From a candidate division WOR-3 bacterium (GTDB lineage: Bacteria > Hydrothermota > Tepidihabitantia > SM23-42 > CAYGYG01): a stretch of DNA of 64,000 nt. Both the position numbers and the translations under genes were made by a program. Positions 50,109 through 59,220 of this stretch are shown here, piece after piece. The stretch lies in contig CBFGIV010000001.1 in assembly GCA_965648915.1 (NCBI GenBank), positions 130,779 to 194,778 on the forward strand, in the 5' to 3' direction. The notes under the pieces are model-generated. The model did no database searches. It was given only the letters and a program-made list of their open reading frames with translations, and was not told the origin of the DNA. The first letter of the stretch is position 1. The number at the start of each line of letters is the position of its first letter.

Positions 50109-51047
50109 TTAAATTAACTTTTTGAAGGAAATCACACTATTGTCTTTAACTCGACGATCTTTAATCCAGACAAACGGACCAATCATACTGTTATTGCCGA
50201 TGACCGATTTACCTTCTATAACTGTATGCGGTCGGATCGTTACACCGGAGCCAATCTTCACATCTAAATCAATGGTAGTTGATAGTGGATCTTCGATAAA
50301 AACACCTTCCCGGGTAAGTTTCATATAGTATCGTTCTTTGATGATGTTTCTGACTTGTGCCAGATCCCATTTAGAATTAATGCCTAAGACTTCGGTCGGA
50401 TCGTCCACGGTAAAGGGAAAGACACGATTGCGCATTTTGATCATTATTTTTACGGCATCGGTTAAATAGTATTCACCCTGCTTATTGTCCGGTTTTATCT
50501 TTGCAAGAGCCTGCTTGAGGGGTTGAATATTAGCCAGATAGATGCCCCCGTTAACCAATTTTATCTTTTTCGTTTGCTTATCAGCATCAGTTTCTTCTAT
50601 GATGCACTTAATTTGGCCATCGCGGCGTTTAAGGACGCGACCGTAGCCATAAGGGTTTGTGAGCCGCGCACAAACGATGGTCAGGTCTGAAATATGATCT
50701 CTATGAAAATCGATTAAGGCTGAGATGGTTTCTTTTTTAAGCAGAGGGACATCTCCAGAAAGGATCAGGGTTGATCCATAGTTCAATGATGCAATCCCTT
50801 TTCTTACTGCATCACCGGTACCGAGCGGGGGATCTTGGATGACATATGTAACACCCTTTATCCCGATGCATCTCTTTAACGCTGAGAACTTTCTGGGAAC
50901 CACCAATATAATCTTCTGCGGGTTTAGCGAATGGGCCAGTTCAAAGGTAAACCGAATTAAAGGTCGGCCAAGGATAGGGTGGAGAACCTTGGGTATTTTC
51001 GATTTCATACGCTTACCAATACCCGCGGCCAGGATAATTACATTCAT
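50109..51047 (-). CDS. glmU: GlmU-like uridyltransferase with truncated left-handed beta-helix
   Basis: ILAAGIGKRMKSKIPKVLH, LGTGDA, GDVP, GYGR, EYYLTD and GIN motifs; only 312 aa. Confidence 0.8.
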   Translation of the reverse strand: MNVIILAAGIGKRMKSKIPKVLHPILGRPLIRFTFELAHSLNPQKIILVVPRKFSALKRCIGIKGVTYVIQDPPLGTGDAVRKGIASLNYGSTLILSGDVPLLKKETISALIDFHRDHISDLTIVCARLTNPYGYGRVLKRRDGQIKCIIEETDADKQTKKIKLVNGGIYLANIQPLKQALAKIKPDNKQGEYYLTDAVKIMIKMRNRVFPFTVDDPTEVLGINSKWDLAQVRNIIKERYYMKLTREGVFIEDPLSTTIDLDVKIGSGVTIRPHTVIEGKSVIGNNSMIGPFVWIKDRRVKDNSVISFKKLI

Positions 51048-51191
51048 TTTTGACTTAAGTACCGGCGAATTTTAATTGGTAATGGACAATCCGGGCCTGA
51101 AGGTGATTAGATCCAGCAATAATGGATTTAGACTTAAAATGCTTTTTGGGTTGCATCACCTTGACTAATTCTATTCAAATTATTAAATCTG

Positions 51192-52307
51192 TCAAGATTT
51201 AATAAAAGATTTCTTTATATGGACCTTCCTTTTTCTCAATTCTGAATGGATAAAACTGACGATCTTCCTGTTTTGTCCCAGGTATTCTGGTGGTATAACG
51301 CCAAATCCCGGATAAGATTTGATACACTGAGTTATAATTGACCCGGTATAAGCGGTCAACCGGGCCATCGAGGTGATTCTTCTCTTTTCATCATAATAGT
51401 CTACACAGGTATATTTTCTTTTCTCTTTTCTGCCCCTTATCTCAATTGTTAATATTGAGAGATCTTTCTCATCGACTGAACCGAAAATCGATTTTAAGAA
51501 AGATACGGTATATTCATCCTGGTCAATTTTTTTATCGTCTGATTTGAACGTCGGGGTGGTTAAGAAACCCCAGTCGAACATTGTCTTGATGAGCTGGGCA
51601 TGGCCTGGATACCGGATGGTCTTTTCTTCCATATATCGGACATTTTTAAAAGTTTTCAGTAATGTCCTTAAACCATCAGTATAGAAACACTCGAGACGGC
51701 CGACCCGGGACAGATTAAATTCTTGAACACCACTCAGGGCGGGCATAATGATGATCTTAAAATTCTTTACAATACGAGCTGGTCGGGTATACTCGGCAAT
51801 CAGATCGGCAGGCGACCAGGTAATACGATAGTTAAAAGGTGGAATTGGATTCTGGGGAATACCTCCGACGAGGATACGGATCCGGTCAATCTTTCCCATT
51901 TCGCTTGCTGCTTCACCGATAAGGATATTGCTCAGACCTGGGCAGAACCCGGCATCCGGCACCACTCTGACCCGGTGCCTTTTTGCTCTCTGGTCAAGGC
52001 GGAAGGGGTCTTCGGCCTGGTATGACATATCGACAATGTCAACCCCGGCCTCAGTGGCGACCTGCATTGCATAAAAACCGAGTGCAGCGGGAAGGGCACC
52101 GAGGACAACATCGAAAGATCTGATTAATGCAATCAAGCGATCCCGATCGGTGACATCAAACCTCATACATCTGAGGTTCCTGAGGCCTCTAACTTTTTTG
52201 AGGTTTGAGGGGTTGGCATCCAGGACCGTGACCTTATGCCCACTTTGGGCCAGATCACCACTGGCTACGCGCCCCTGCATACCACAGCCGAGAACCAATA
52301 CTTTCAT
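51192..52307 (-). CDS. Saccharopine dehydrogenase / lysine 6-dehydrogenase family protein
   Basis: VLGCGMQG Rossmann motif, DAGFCPGLSN, VGGIP, WS..DLI.EY, TDGL.TL, KTIRYPGH and MARLT. Confidence 0.88.
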   Translation of the reverse strand: MKVLVLGCGMQGRVASGDLAQSGHKVTVLDANPSNLKKVRGLRNLRCMRFDVTDRDRLIALIRSFDVVLGALPAALGFYAMQVATEAGVDIVDMSYQAEDPFRLDQRAKRHRVRVVPDAGFCPGLSNILIGEAASEMGKIDRIRILVGGIPQNPIPPFNYRITWSPADLIAEYTRPARIVKNFKIIIMPALSGVQEFNLSRVGRLECFYTDGLRTLLKTFKNVRYMEEKTIRYPGHAQLIKTMFDWGFLTTPTFKSDDKKIDQDEYTVSFLKSIFGSVDEKDLSILTIEIRGRKEKRKYTCVDYYDEKRRITSMARLTAYTGSIITQCIKSYPGFGVIPPEYLGQNRKIVSFIHSELRKRKVHIKKSFIKS

Positions 52308-52329
52308 CGAATGAATGGTAATTCTAAAA

Positions 52330-53175
52330 TCATTCTTCAATACTGTTGATTCTCAGAAACCAGCGATAGATCCACTCTTGAGCAAATTTACGATTTTCGC
52401 AGAAGATAAACTGAATTTCCGGGAAGGATACCACAAGGTCCGATAGAAGGTCGGCGATGTATGATGCCCGGTAGGGTTTGATTTTTGCTGGATGCATAAA
52501 GTCGCTGTATGGTGACTCAAATACTACGGCTTTAAATCGATAGAGAGAGAGTTCCTGAAGGGTAGCTTTGAGGCAATCATAAGTGGCTACTTCGTGGAGA
52601 AAATTGTCCAGCGTCTTGCGCTCAGCAATTGCCTGAATTTTGCCGTCCTTGAGGAGAGCATAATCACCAACTGGTAAATTTTCTCGCCGGGTCTGGGCAT
52701 AAGTAAAACGATAAGGATAGTGTTCACGTTTATCAATAACAATTTCACACCAGGGTCCTTCTCGCGCTTTTGGGATATATGCACCGGGCCGGCGGATCTT
52801 TGTGGAGCTCTGAGTAATCCAGAAGATTTGAGTATAATACTCACCCGGTCGGCTCTTGTATTCTTTTTTTAAAAAAATAAACCAGCAGCGCTTTTTTACC
52901 TTACGGTTGAGGATGATGCTCAATTTTTTTTCATAGCGGTCGATTTTAAGGATCGAGCAGGACTCGATCGGTGTTTCTAAAGGTAGTGTCTGGTCGGCCG
53001 GTGAATTATCCTGAAGGCAATAAATTTTTCGATTCGGACCGGGCCAGCGGTCCTGAACATTCAGAATCAAGAATTTCCCTGGTGCCTCTTCAATGTAGAG
53101 TCGATAAGGGAAATTTTCACTTGTCTGTTTGAAGATCAACCACCTGAGAGTTCCAGCTCTATCGTCACTTCTCAT
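52330..53175 (-). CDS. ERCC4-type nuclease domain protein
   Basis: IVIDKRE..PY, L.VGDY, ERK and AVVFE motifs. Confidence 0.75.
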   Translation of the reverse strand: MRSDDRAGTLRWLIFKQTSENFPYRLYIEEAPGKFLILNVQDRWPGPNRKIYCLQDNSPADQTLPLETPIESCSILKIDRYEKKLSIILNRKVKKRCWFIFLKKEYKSRPGEYYTQIFWITQSSTKIRRPGAYIPKAREGPWCEIVIDKREHYPYRFTYAQTRRENLPVGDYALLKDGKIQAIAERKTLDNFLHEVATYDCLKATLQELSLYRFKAVVFESPYSDFMHPAKIKPYRASYIADLLSDLVVSFPEIQFIFCENRKFAQEWIYRWFLRINSIEE

Positions 53176-53201
53176 AGTTGATTATAATGATAAAAAGATG
53201 A

Positions 53202-53486
53202 TTACTTTTTTAGCAATTCATTAACCTCTTTCTTGCCTTTCTCCAGTTCTGTTATCTGTTCCCGGTCGATTTTTAACAGTAAGCTTTGAAATTCCCCAAG
53301 GTGGGTCTTTTCTTCCCGGGCGATATCAAGTATTACTTCCTTTATATACTGATTGTTGGTCATAGCGGCCAATTGCTCATATAAACTTACCGCATCCAGC
53401 TCGGCAATCATGCCGAGACGCAATATTTCTTTATCGATATCAGTCTTTTTTATCTTCTTTAATTCAATCGGCATCTGGGATAACAT
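53202..53486 (-). CDS. Small ferritin-like protein (encapsulated-ferritin/rubrerythrin-like)
   Basis: AELDAVSLYEQ ... EEKTHLGEF (ExxH) motifs; GGAGG RBS. Confidence 0.85.
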   Translation of the reverse strand: MLSQMPIELKKIKKTDIDKEILRLGMIAELDAVSLYEQLAAMTNNQYIKEVILDIAREEKTHLGEFQSLLLKIDREQITELEKGKKEVNELLKK

Positions 53487-53508
53487 AATATACCTCCGTT
53501 TTATATTT

Positions 53509-53808
53509 GTGCGTGGTCAATATTTGACCAATTCTTCTACCTGAGTGCGTTTATAGTATTTTCTTCTTTTCAATTTACCTCCATAGTTTTTGACTCAAAG
53601 ATGAAATTTTAGGCTTGTGGGCTCATATTCGCCCGAACTCTATTAACCCATTAAAAACCCTGTCTCTTATTATAACCAGCGCTTAATTGTAGATCAGGTC
53701 GCCACCATAAGATTGCGCCTTTCAGGAGCATGGTGGCTCAACTCATTCCCGTGGCTCAGATGAGCCCTTACTACGCCTAAAATTTATCTTGAATTTCTGA
53801 CCACGCAC
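53509..53808. mobile_element. 300-bp MITE / internally deleted IS
   Basis: Terminal inverted repeats GTGCGTGGTCA (53509-53519) and TGACCACGCAC (53798-53808), flanked by the direct repeat ATATTT (53503-53508 and 53809-53814); no transposase inside. Confidence 0.75.
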
Positions 53809-53900
53809 ATATTTTATACTTAACAAAACTTCAGTGATTATAGCGAATCTTTAAGGAAAATCAATAATATTTTCATTTTATAGAAATCATCGGCCGTTGG

Positions 53901-55163
53901 TTATTTTTTCTTCATCCTTACGGCAAAAACCCCATCGGTACGAAATTGATGGGGTAAAATTTTTAAAAATATCTGTGAAACTCCGGGGGGAAGAAATTGA
54001 TGGGCTGGTTCAATCTCAAAATTGTGATTATCGAGAAATTGTTTGATGACCTCTTCATTTTCAGCGGGCATTATTGTGCAGGTAGAATAGATAAGGATAC
54101 CACCGGATTTCAGATTTGATGCAGCCGCATCAAGTAATTCCAATTGCAGACGGGCAAGTTTTGAAAAATCTTCCGGCTTTAACCGATCTATAATTTCTGG
54201 ACGTTTGCATACCGTGCCTAAGTTTGAACAAGGGGCATCGATCAGTATCCGATCGGCGTCGAGATTCTTTACTTTGCGACTATCAGCCAGAACCGGATAG
54301 ATATTAGTATGTTTCAGTCGATTGCGGTTTTCAGCCACCAGTCTTAATTGCTCAGGATCGATGTCGAAGGCAATGACCATCCCGGTCCGGCTCATCAATT
54401 CGGCAAGATGGCCAGCCTTTCCACCCGGTCCAGCACAGAAATCAATGACGGTTTCACCTTCTTTCGGCCCGAGCAGGTGGGCAACCAATCCTTCGGCTTC
54501 GTCCTGAATTGAAACCAGACCTTCTTTCACTATCGAATGATGGCGAATCGGACCGAGTCGATCAACGATGATATGTTCATCGAGCCAGTGGCCTGGATTG
54601 GCCTGAATACCGAGACTTTCGAGAAGCGCAAGGATTTCTTCCCGGGTAGTTCTCAACCGATTGACCCGGAGGCAGAACCTGGGCCTGGTAGAGAAAGATT
54701 GGAGTATCGCCTGACCCGTCTTCTCACCATAGATTTTGATGATTTTATCTGTGAGCCAATTTCGAATCAGAAGATCCGGGGTAGACTTTTTCTCCTGCTG
54801 GATGATTTTTCTTAATACCGCATTGATAAATTTCTTATCTTTTTGACGGTAGGCAAGTTTTACCCCTTCATTAACAATGGCATAGGCAGGTATTCTTTCA
54901 AGGAATAGATATTGATAGACCGATATTCTCAGGATATTACGCAGATAAGGGGAGAGTCCCGAAGTTGGTCCTTTCAGATATTTATTGATGATTTTATCGA
55001 TAATTGCCCGGTTACGCATCGTGCCGTAAGTAATTTCGGTTACTAAGGCACGATCTTTCTCAGAAAGGCGATAAGTCGATAAGAGATCATCGATTGCCTG
55101 TTTGGTAATCTTTTTTTTCTTTATTTTCTCAAAGACTAATATTGCTGCGAAACGGGGATTCAG
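53901..55163 (-). CDS. rsmB: 16S rRNA m5C967 methyltransferase RsmB/Sun
   Basis: NusB-like N-terminus (LS..DRALVTEITYG), IQDE, DFCAGPGGK, DAPCS and YSTCT...ENE. The reading frame extends 48 codons upstream of the ORF-track ATG to a CTG overlapping the fmt stop. Confidence 0.92.
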   Translation of the reverse strand: MNPRFAAILVFEKIKKKKITKQAIDDLLSTYRLSEKDRALVTEITYGTMRNRAIIDKIINKYLKGPTSGLSPYLRNILRISVYQYLFLERIPAYAIVNEGVKLAYRQKDKKFINAVLRKIIQQEKKSTPDLLIRNWLTDKIIKIYGEKTGQAILQSFSTRPRFCLRVNRLRTTREEILALLESLGIQANPGHWLDEHIIVDRLGPIRHHSIVKEGLVSIQDEAEGLVAHLLGPKEGETVIDFCAGPGGKAGHLAELMSRTGMVIAFDIDPEQLRLVAENRNRLKHTNIYPVLADSRKVKNLDADRILIDAPCSNLGTVCKRPEIIDRLKPEDFSKLARLQLELLDAAASNLKSGGILIYSTCTIMPAENEEVIKQFLDNHNFEIEPAHQFLPPGVSQIFLKILPHQFRTDGVFAVRMKKK

Positions 55164-56077
55164 TTTAAGACCTCGCCGTCATTCGGTCTAAAACCATTGA
55201 TGAAATCGATCCCGGTCTGGGGTCTTTTATTGGGCGGTTGTAGTTTTAAGATTGAGACCGATCCATCAGCAGTGCCGACCAGCAGTAATTTACCTGTAAC
55301 TTTAATTGTCCCGGGTGGTATTCTGTCGTTTGATTTTTCTACGGCCAGGATTTTTAACTCTTGCCCCCGAAACCGGGTTCTTGCCCCGGGCTCAGAACTG
55401 AGGCCGCGAATGAAATTATAAACCGTATCGGTAGATTGATTCCAGTTTATGTAGCAATTCTCCTTTTTGATCTTTGGTGCCTTGGTTACCTGCGATACAT
55501 CCTGGGCTATCAGGTTATAATTCTGGGATTTGATCAGTTTGATCGCCTCAAGCAGGATCGGTGCCCCCAGTTCGGCGAGTCGATGGCTCAGCCGGTCATA
55601 ATTATCGTCCGGCAAAACGGGAAATTCATTCTGAAGGATAATTTTTCCGGCGTCCATCTTTTCATTCATCTGGATGATAGTTATACCGGTCTTTGTCTCG
55701 CCGTTTATTAATGTCCACTGAATTGGTGCGGCACCACGATATTTGGGCAAAAGCGAGGGGTGAAGATTTATCCCGCCGAACTTAGGGATCCGGAGCAGAT
55801 CGCCGCTCAATATAAAACCATATGAGACGACGACAAATAACTCCGGGTATAACTTTGCGATTGTTGAAATAAATTCGGGATGATTGGGCTCGGTCGGGGT
55901 GAATACCTTTAATCCGGAATTTTCAGCAAAGATATGGACGGGTGTCTTCTGTTCTTTCTGCCCCCGGCCGGTTGGTTTTGGAGGTGAGGTGACGACGGCG
56001 ATAATTTCTTCGTTCTCTTTTATAAGTCTTAATGAAGGAAGAGAGAATTCCGGTGAGCCGAAGAAGATTATTTTCAA
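55160..56077 (-). CDS. fmt: Methionyl-tRNA formyltransferase
   Basis: FFGSPEFS, INLHPSLLPKYRGAAPIQ and MDAG motifs. Confidence 0.97.
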   Translation of the reverse strand: MKIIFFGSPEFSLPSLRLIKENEEIIAVVTSPPKPTGRGQKEQKTPVHIFAENSGLKVFTPTEPNHPEFISTIAKLYPELFVVVSYGFILSGDLLRIPKFGGINLHPSLLPKYRGAAPIQWTLINGETKTGITIIQMNEKMDAGKIILQNEFPVLPDDNYDRLSHRLAELGAPILLEAIKLIKSQNYNLIAQDVSQVTKAPKIKKENCYINWNQSTDTVYNFIRGLSSEPGARTRFRGQELKILAVEKSNDRIPPGTIKVTGKLLLVGTADGSVSILKLQPPNKRPQTGIDFINGFRPNDGEVLN

Positions 56078-56601
56078 TTTATCTTGATTGTCCGGTCTTG
56101 ATTTTTATTGAATTTTTTAAAAAATTCCTCTATGGCAACTCGCTGTTCTTTACTGGCATAATCGATAAAAAGGACGCCCCGGAGATGATCGATTTCATGG
56201 CATAAGATTCTTGTCAGAAGGCCTTCGGCATAGATTTCAATTTTTTCGCCTTTGATATTCCGGGCCACTACCTTTGCTTTCTCGGGCCGCTCAATATTGA
56301 TATAAAGGCCGGGAAAACTTAAACAACCCTCTTCATCAACAACCGCGCCGCTTACATCAACGATTTCGGGATTGATCAGGGCGAAGGGCTCGGTTTTATA
56401 ACCGCAAGGTTGCAGATCAATTGTAATTATCTGTTTACGAAAGCCAATTTGATTACCGGCCAGACCAACTCCTTTATGTTTTTTCATCACCTCGATCATC
56501 TGTTGGGCAAGAGCAACAATTTTTTTATCGATCTGTTCAATCTTTTCTGCCTTCTGGCGCAGGATCTTTTCGTCGTAAAGTCTTAAGGCATTTATCCGCA
56601 T
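56074..56601 (-). CDS. def: Peptide deformylase
   Basis: GVGLA, EGCLS and HEIDH motifs. Confidence 0.97.
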   Translation of the reverse strand: MRINALRLYDEKILRQKAEKIEQIDKKIVALAQQMIEVMKKHKGVGLAGNQIGFRKQIITIDLQPCGYKTEPFALINPEIVDVSGAVVDEEGCLSFPGLYINIERPEKAKVVARNIKGEKIEIYAEGLLTRILCHEIDHLRGVLFIDYASKEQRVAIEEFFKKFNKNQDRTIKIN

Positions 56602-56611
56602 TTTCTATTCC

Positions 56612-56917
56612 TTATTCTGAGGAAGAGACCTTGCCGACGATATGGCTTTTCTGAATATCGATTTTGACGCCGTCGGCGATTAAAAGTGAGACAGTATTCT
56701 CTTTGACATTAGCGATTGTTCCATATATACCGGCTGAGGTTATAACTCGATCACCTTTATTAAGTTGACTCAACATCTTCTGATGCTCTTTCTGCTTTTT
56801 CTGTTGAGGGAGAACAAGTAGAAAATAGAAAACGACCAGGATTAAGATAAAAGGTAAAAAACTTACTAATGGATTACTCTTCGGTTGTTGAGCAAGTAAA
56901 AAAAAGATTTGATACAT
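56612..56917 (-). CDS. yajC: Preprotein translocase subunit YajC
   Basis: FYFLL..PQQK and L.KGDRVIT.AGIYG motifs; upstream TTGACA-16-TAAAAT at 57001-56974. Confidence 0.95.
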   Translation of the reverse strand: MYQIFFLLAQQPKSNPLVSFLPFILILVVFYFLLVLPQQKKQKEHQKMLSQLNKGDRVITSAGIYGTIANVKENTVSLLIADGVKIDIQKSHIVGKVSSSE

Positions 56918-57194
56918 TGGGCTCCTTTCAAGAGAATCTTATTATTGTTCTTATAAACTCTTATAAACACCAAATTTTATCTAAAATTGTAAAAGTGTCA
57001 ATATTATTATGTATAGACCTACACACCGTAACCGGAAATTAAACCTGTATTATTTATAATAGGTGTGATTGCGAGCCTTTTCCGGGCGAATGAGGGTTGA
57101 CAATTTTGTTATTTCGACCGGGACAAACTCTGTCCATGCATCTTGGGAAGAAATTACAGATTTTCGGGGAAGGATATTAATGGTAGAGTTGATG

Positions 57195-58496
57195 TCAGTG
57201 ATGATTTTTTTGATTTTGCTTCATTACCAGTTGACTGAGATTTATAACCTGATTTTCGAAGTAATTTCTGGACTCCTTTCTCTTGCTGATTCTGACTCGG
57301 GCAATAAGCGTTTTAATCCTTTTTTGATTCCCGTTATATTTTTTTGTAATCAATTTAATTATCCGGGCACAATCTTTAAGATTTTTCAAAAATGGCTCAA
57401 AGTCATTTCTTAAATTTTGAGGGAAAAGATTTAATTTGACTGTGTTTATTTTATCGGCCAGTTTGTTAAGGGAGTAAATATCAATCTTCCCTTTGCGCCT
57501 GAGGGTAGCAATACCCTGTTTGATAATTCTGGTGGAGGCAGATTCTTCGGGATTTAAGATTGAAGGCTTGAAATTTTCGAAGAAGATCTCCCCTCTGGCG
57601 GAATTGCTGAAACAATTCTTAATCAATGGCCAGATACGTTCTGGAAAGTAGACTTCGGGTGCCCGGACATACAATGCACAACTGGTTAGGGCTATTTTAG
57701 AGGCCTCGGCCTGGTTCATTGGATTGAAGAAGATGCCGGATAGATGGTCCAGCAATTTTCGATCCCGTCCCTGAAGTGGACCAAGAAAAAGACGGCTGGG
57801 TTCGTAATCATTTACTGGATAGTTATCCCAGAGTACGGGTTTTCTTCTGATTATGTGGCTGATCTGCCGTGCATCACGGATTGTTATTCTTTTCGATATG
57901 ACCGATGGCCCAGTCCAGAATATCTTTATTTCCGGCAAAAGGTGTCTCCCGATGTAAGTCAGATAGGCCGAACCTCTGGTCCCTCGATATTCGGTTGGAC
58001 AGAAGAAGAATTTAAGATCAGGTACTTTCATTTTGAGGTATTGATAGGTTTTATTGGCAATACAGGTCTGGGCCTGGGCAAGGGAAGTAAAAACATTTAA
58101 GTCGTTCTTAGATAGTCCGGGATCAATATCATCAAAAAGGAGGGAAAAAGCAGTGACGCCGAGATCGATCATCTGTTCGTATTTGCGACAGATTTTTTCA
58201 AAATCGGACTCAGAACTGTATTGAATCGAGAGCCCGGGACTGAGGGCAAAATTAAAGACTAAATCAAGGGCTTGACATTGGTTGATGATCTTTCTGAAAT
58301 TCTTTATTGACTCGACCGGATACAATGCGCGCCAATTCTTTCGATGAAATGGATCCTCTTTTGGCGCATAGATATAAGATCCAAGTCCAACCTCCTTGAT
58401 AAATTCAATAATCGATAAGCGATTTTTGTGGGTCCAGGGCTTGCCAAAAAAGCCTTCGATTATCCCCGTATCGAATATTGTTGAATCAGAATCCAT
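57195..58496 (-). CDS. GH84 O-GlcNAcase-like beta-N-acetylglucosaminidase
   Basis: GIIEGFFGKPW, YIYAPKEDPFHR, ALSPG, catalytic FDD, CPTEY, WTG and WDNYPVND motifs. Confidence 0.9.
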   Translation of the reverse strand: MDSDSTIFDTGIIEGFFGKPWTHKNRLSIIEFIKEVGLGSYIYAPKEDPFHRKNWRALYPVESIKNFRKIINQCQALDLVFNFALSPGLSIQYSSESDFEKICRKYEQMIDLGVTAFSLLFDDIDPGLSKNDLNVFTSLAQAQTCIANKTYQYLKMKVPDLKFFFCPTEYRGTRGSAYLTYIGRHLLPEIKIFWTGPSVISKRITIRDARQISHIIRRKPVLWDNYPVNDYEPSRLFLGPLQGRDRKLLDHLSGIFFNPMNQAEASKIALTSCALYVRAPEVYFPERIWPLIKNCFSNSARGEIFFENFKPSILNPEESASTRIIKQGIATLRRKGKIDIYSLNKLADKINTVKLNLFPQNLRNDFEPFLKNLKDCARIIKLITKKYNGNQKRIKTLIARVRISKRKESRNYFENQVINLSQLVMKQNQKNHH

Positions 58497-59215
58497 CAGG
58501 TTTGTTTTAGTTCCGAAACAATCTTAGGAAGGATCTCACCCGATTTACCGATGATTGATAGATCGACAAAATCTGAGATCGGAGTTTTTTCGATATTGAT
58601 CTCGATAATCTTCGCTTGATAATCCCTGGCGATCTGGGGTATTGCCGCCGCAGGATAGACCACGGCTGATGTCCCGACAATAAAGACAACATCGGCCTGC
58701 TGGACAAAATTGATTGACTCGCTCCAGACATCTTGCGGGATTGCTTCACCAAACCAGACGATGTCCGGTCGTAAAAGCCCACCACATTCACAGTGGGGGA
58801 GTTCTGGTGTGAGGGTATGACCGATTTTTTTATCACAGACTGTACACCGTGCCCGGAAGATATTGCCGTGAATTTCTAAGAATTTTCTGGAGCCGGCTTT
58901 ACGATGCAGGTCGTCAACATTCTGAGTTAACAGTAGAAATCGGGGGAAGAGATTTTCCATTTCCGCTATTGCATAATGTCCGGGATTGGGCTTCACTTTA
59001 AGAATTATTGACTGCCGCCAGTGATACCATTCCCAGACAAGGCCCGGGTTACGCTCAAAGGCCTGGGGAGTTGCCAATTCTTCAGCCCGATAGTTTTTCC
59101 AGAGACCATCTGATCCCCGAAAAGTCGGGACGCCGCTTTCGGCTGAAATCCCGGCACCGGTTAAAATAAAAACTGATTTAGCAGTGCGCAGAATCTTTAC
59201 CGCGGTTCCAATCAA
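58496..59215 (-). CDS. cobB: NAD-dependent protein deacylase (sirtuin)
   Basis: TGAGISAESGVPTFRG, TQNVDDLH, HG, RPDIVWFGE and GTS.VVYPAA motifs. Confidence 0.95.
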   Translation of the reverse strand: MIGTAVKILRTAKSVFILTGAGISAESGVPTFRGSDGLWKNYRAEELATPQAFERNPGLVWEWYHWRQSIILKVKPNPGHYAIAEMENLFPRFLLLTQNVDDLHRKAGSRKFLEIHGNIFRARCTVCDKKIGHTLTPELPHCECGGLLRPDIVWFGEAIPQDVWSESINFVQQADVVFIVGTSAVVYPAAAIPQIARDYQAKIIEINIEKTPISDFVDLSIIGKSGEILPKIVSELKQT

Positions 59216-59220
59216 TTAAA

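Noticed and set aside
53698..53740. Minus-strand GAGCC...GAAA...GGC hairpin and GTGCG end resembling group II intron domain V and 5' end
   Set aside because: The hairpin has a ~6-nt bulge and the wrong geometry for domain V, there is no domain VI or RT, and TIRs plus a TSD explain the region better as a MITE.
56950..56968. Direct repeat CTTATAAAC x2 in the yajC leader
   Set aside because: Short and AT-rich; plausible by chance, with no supporting regulator context.
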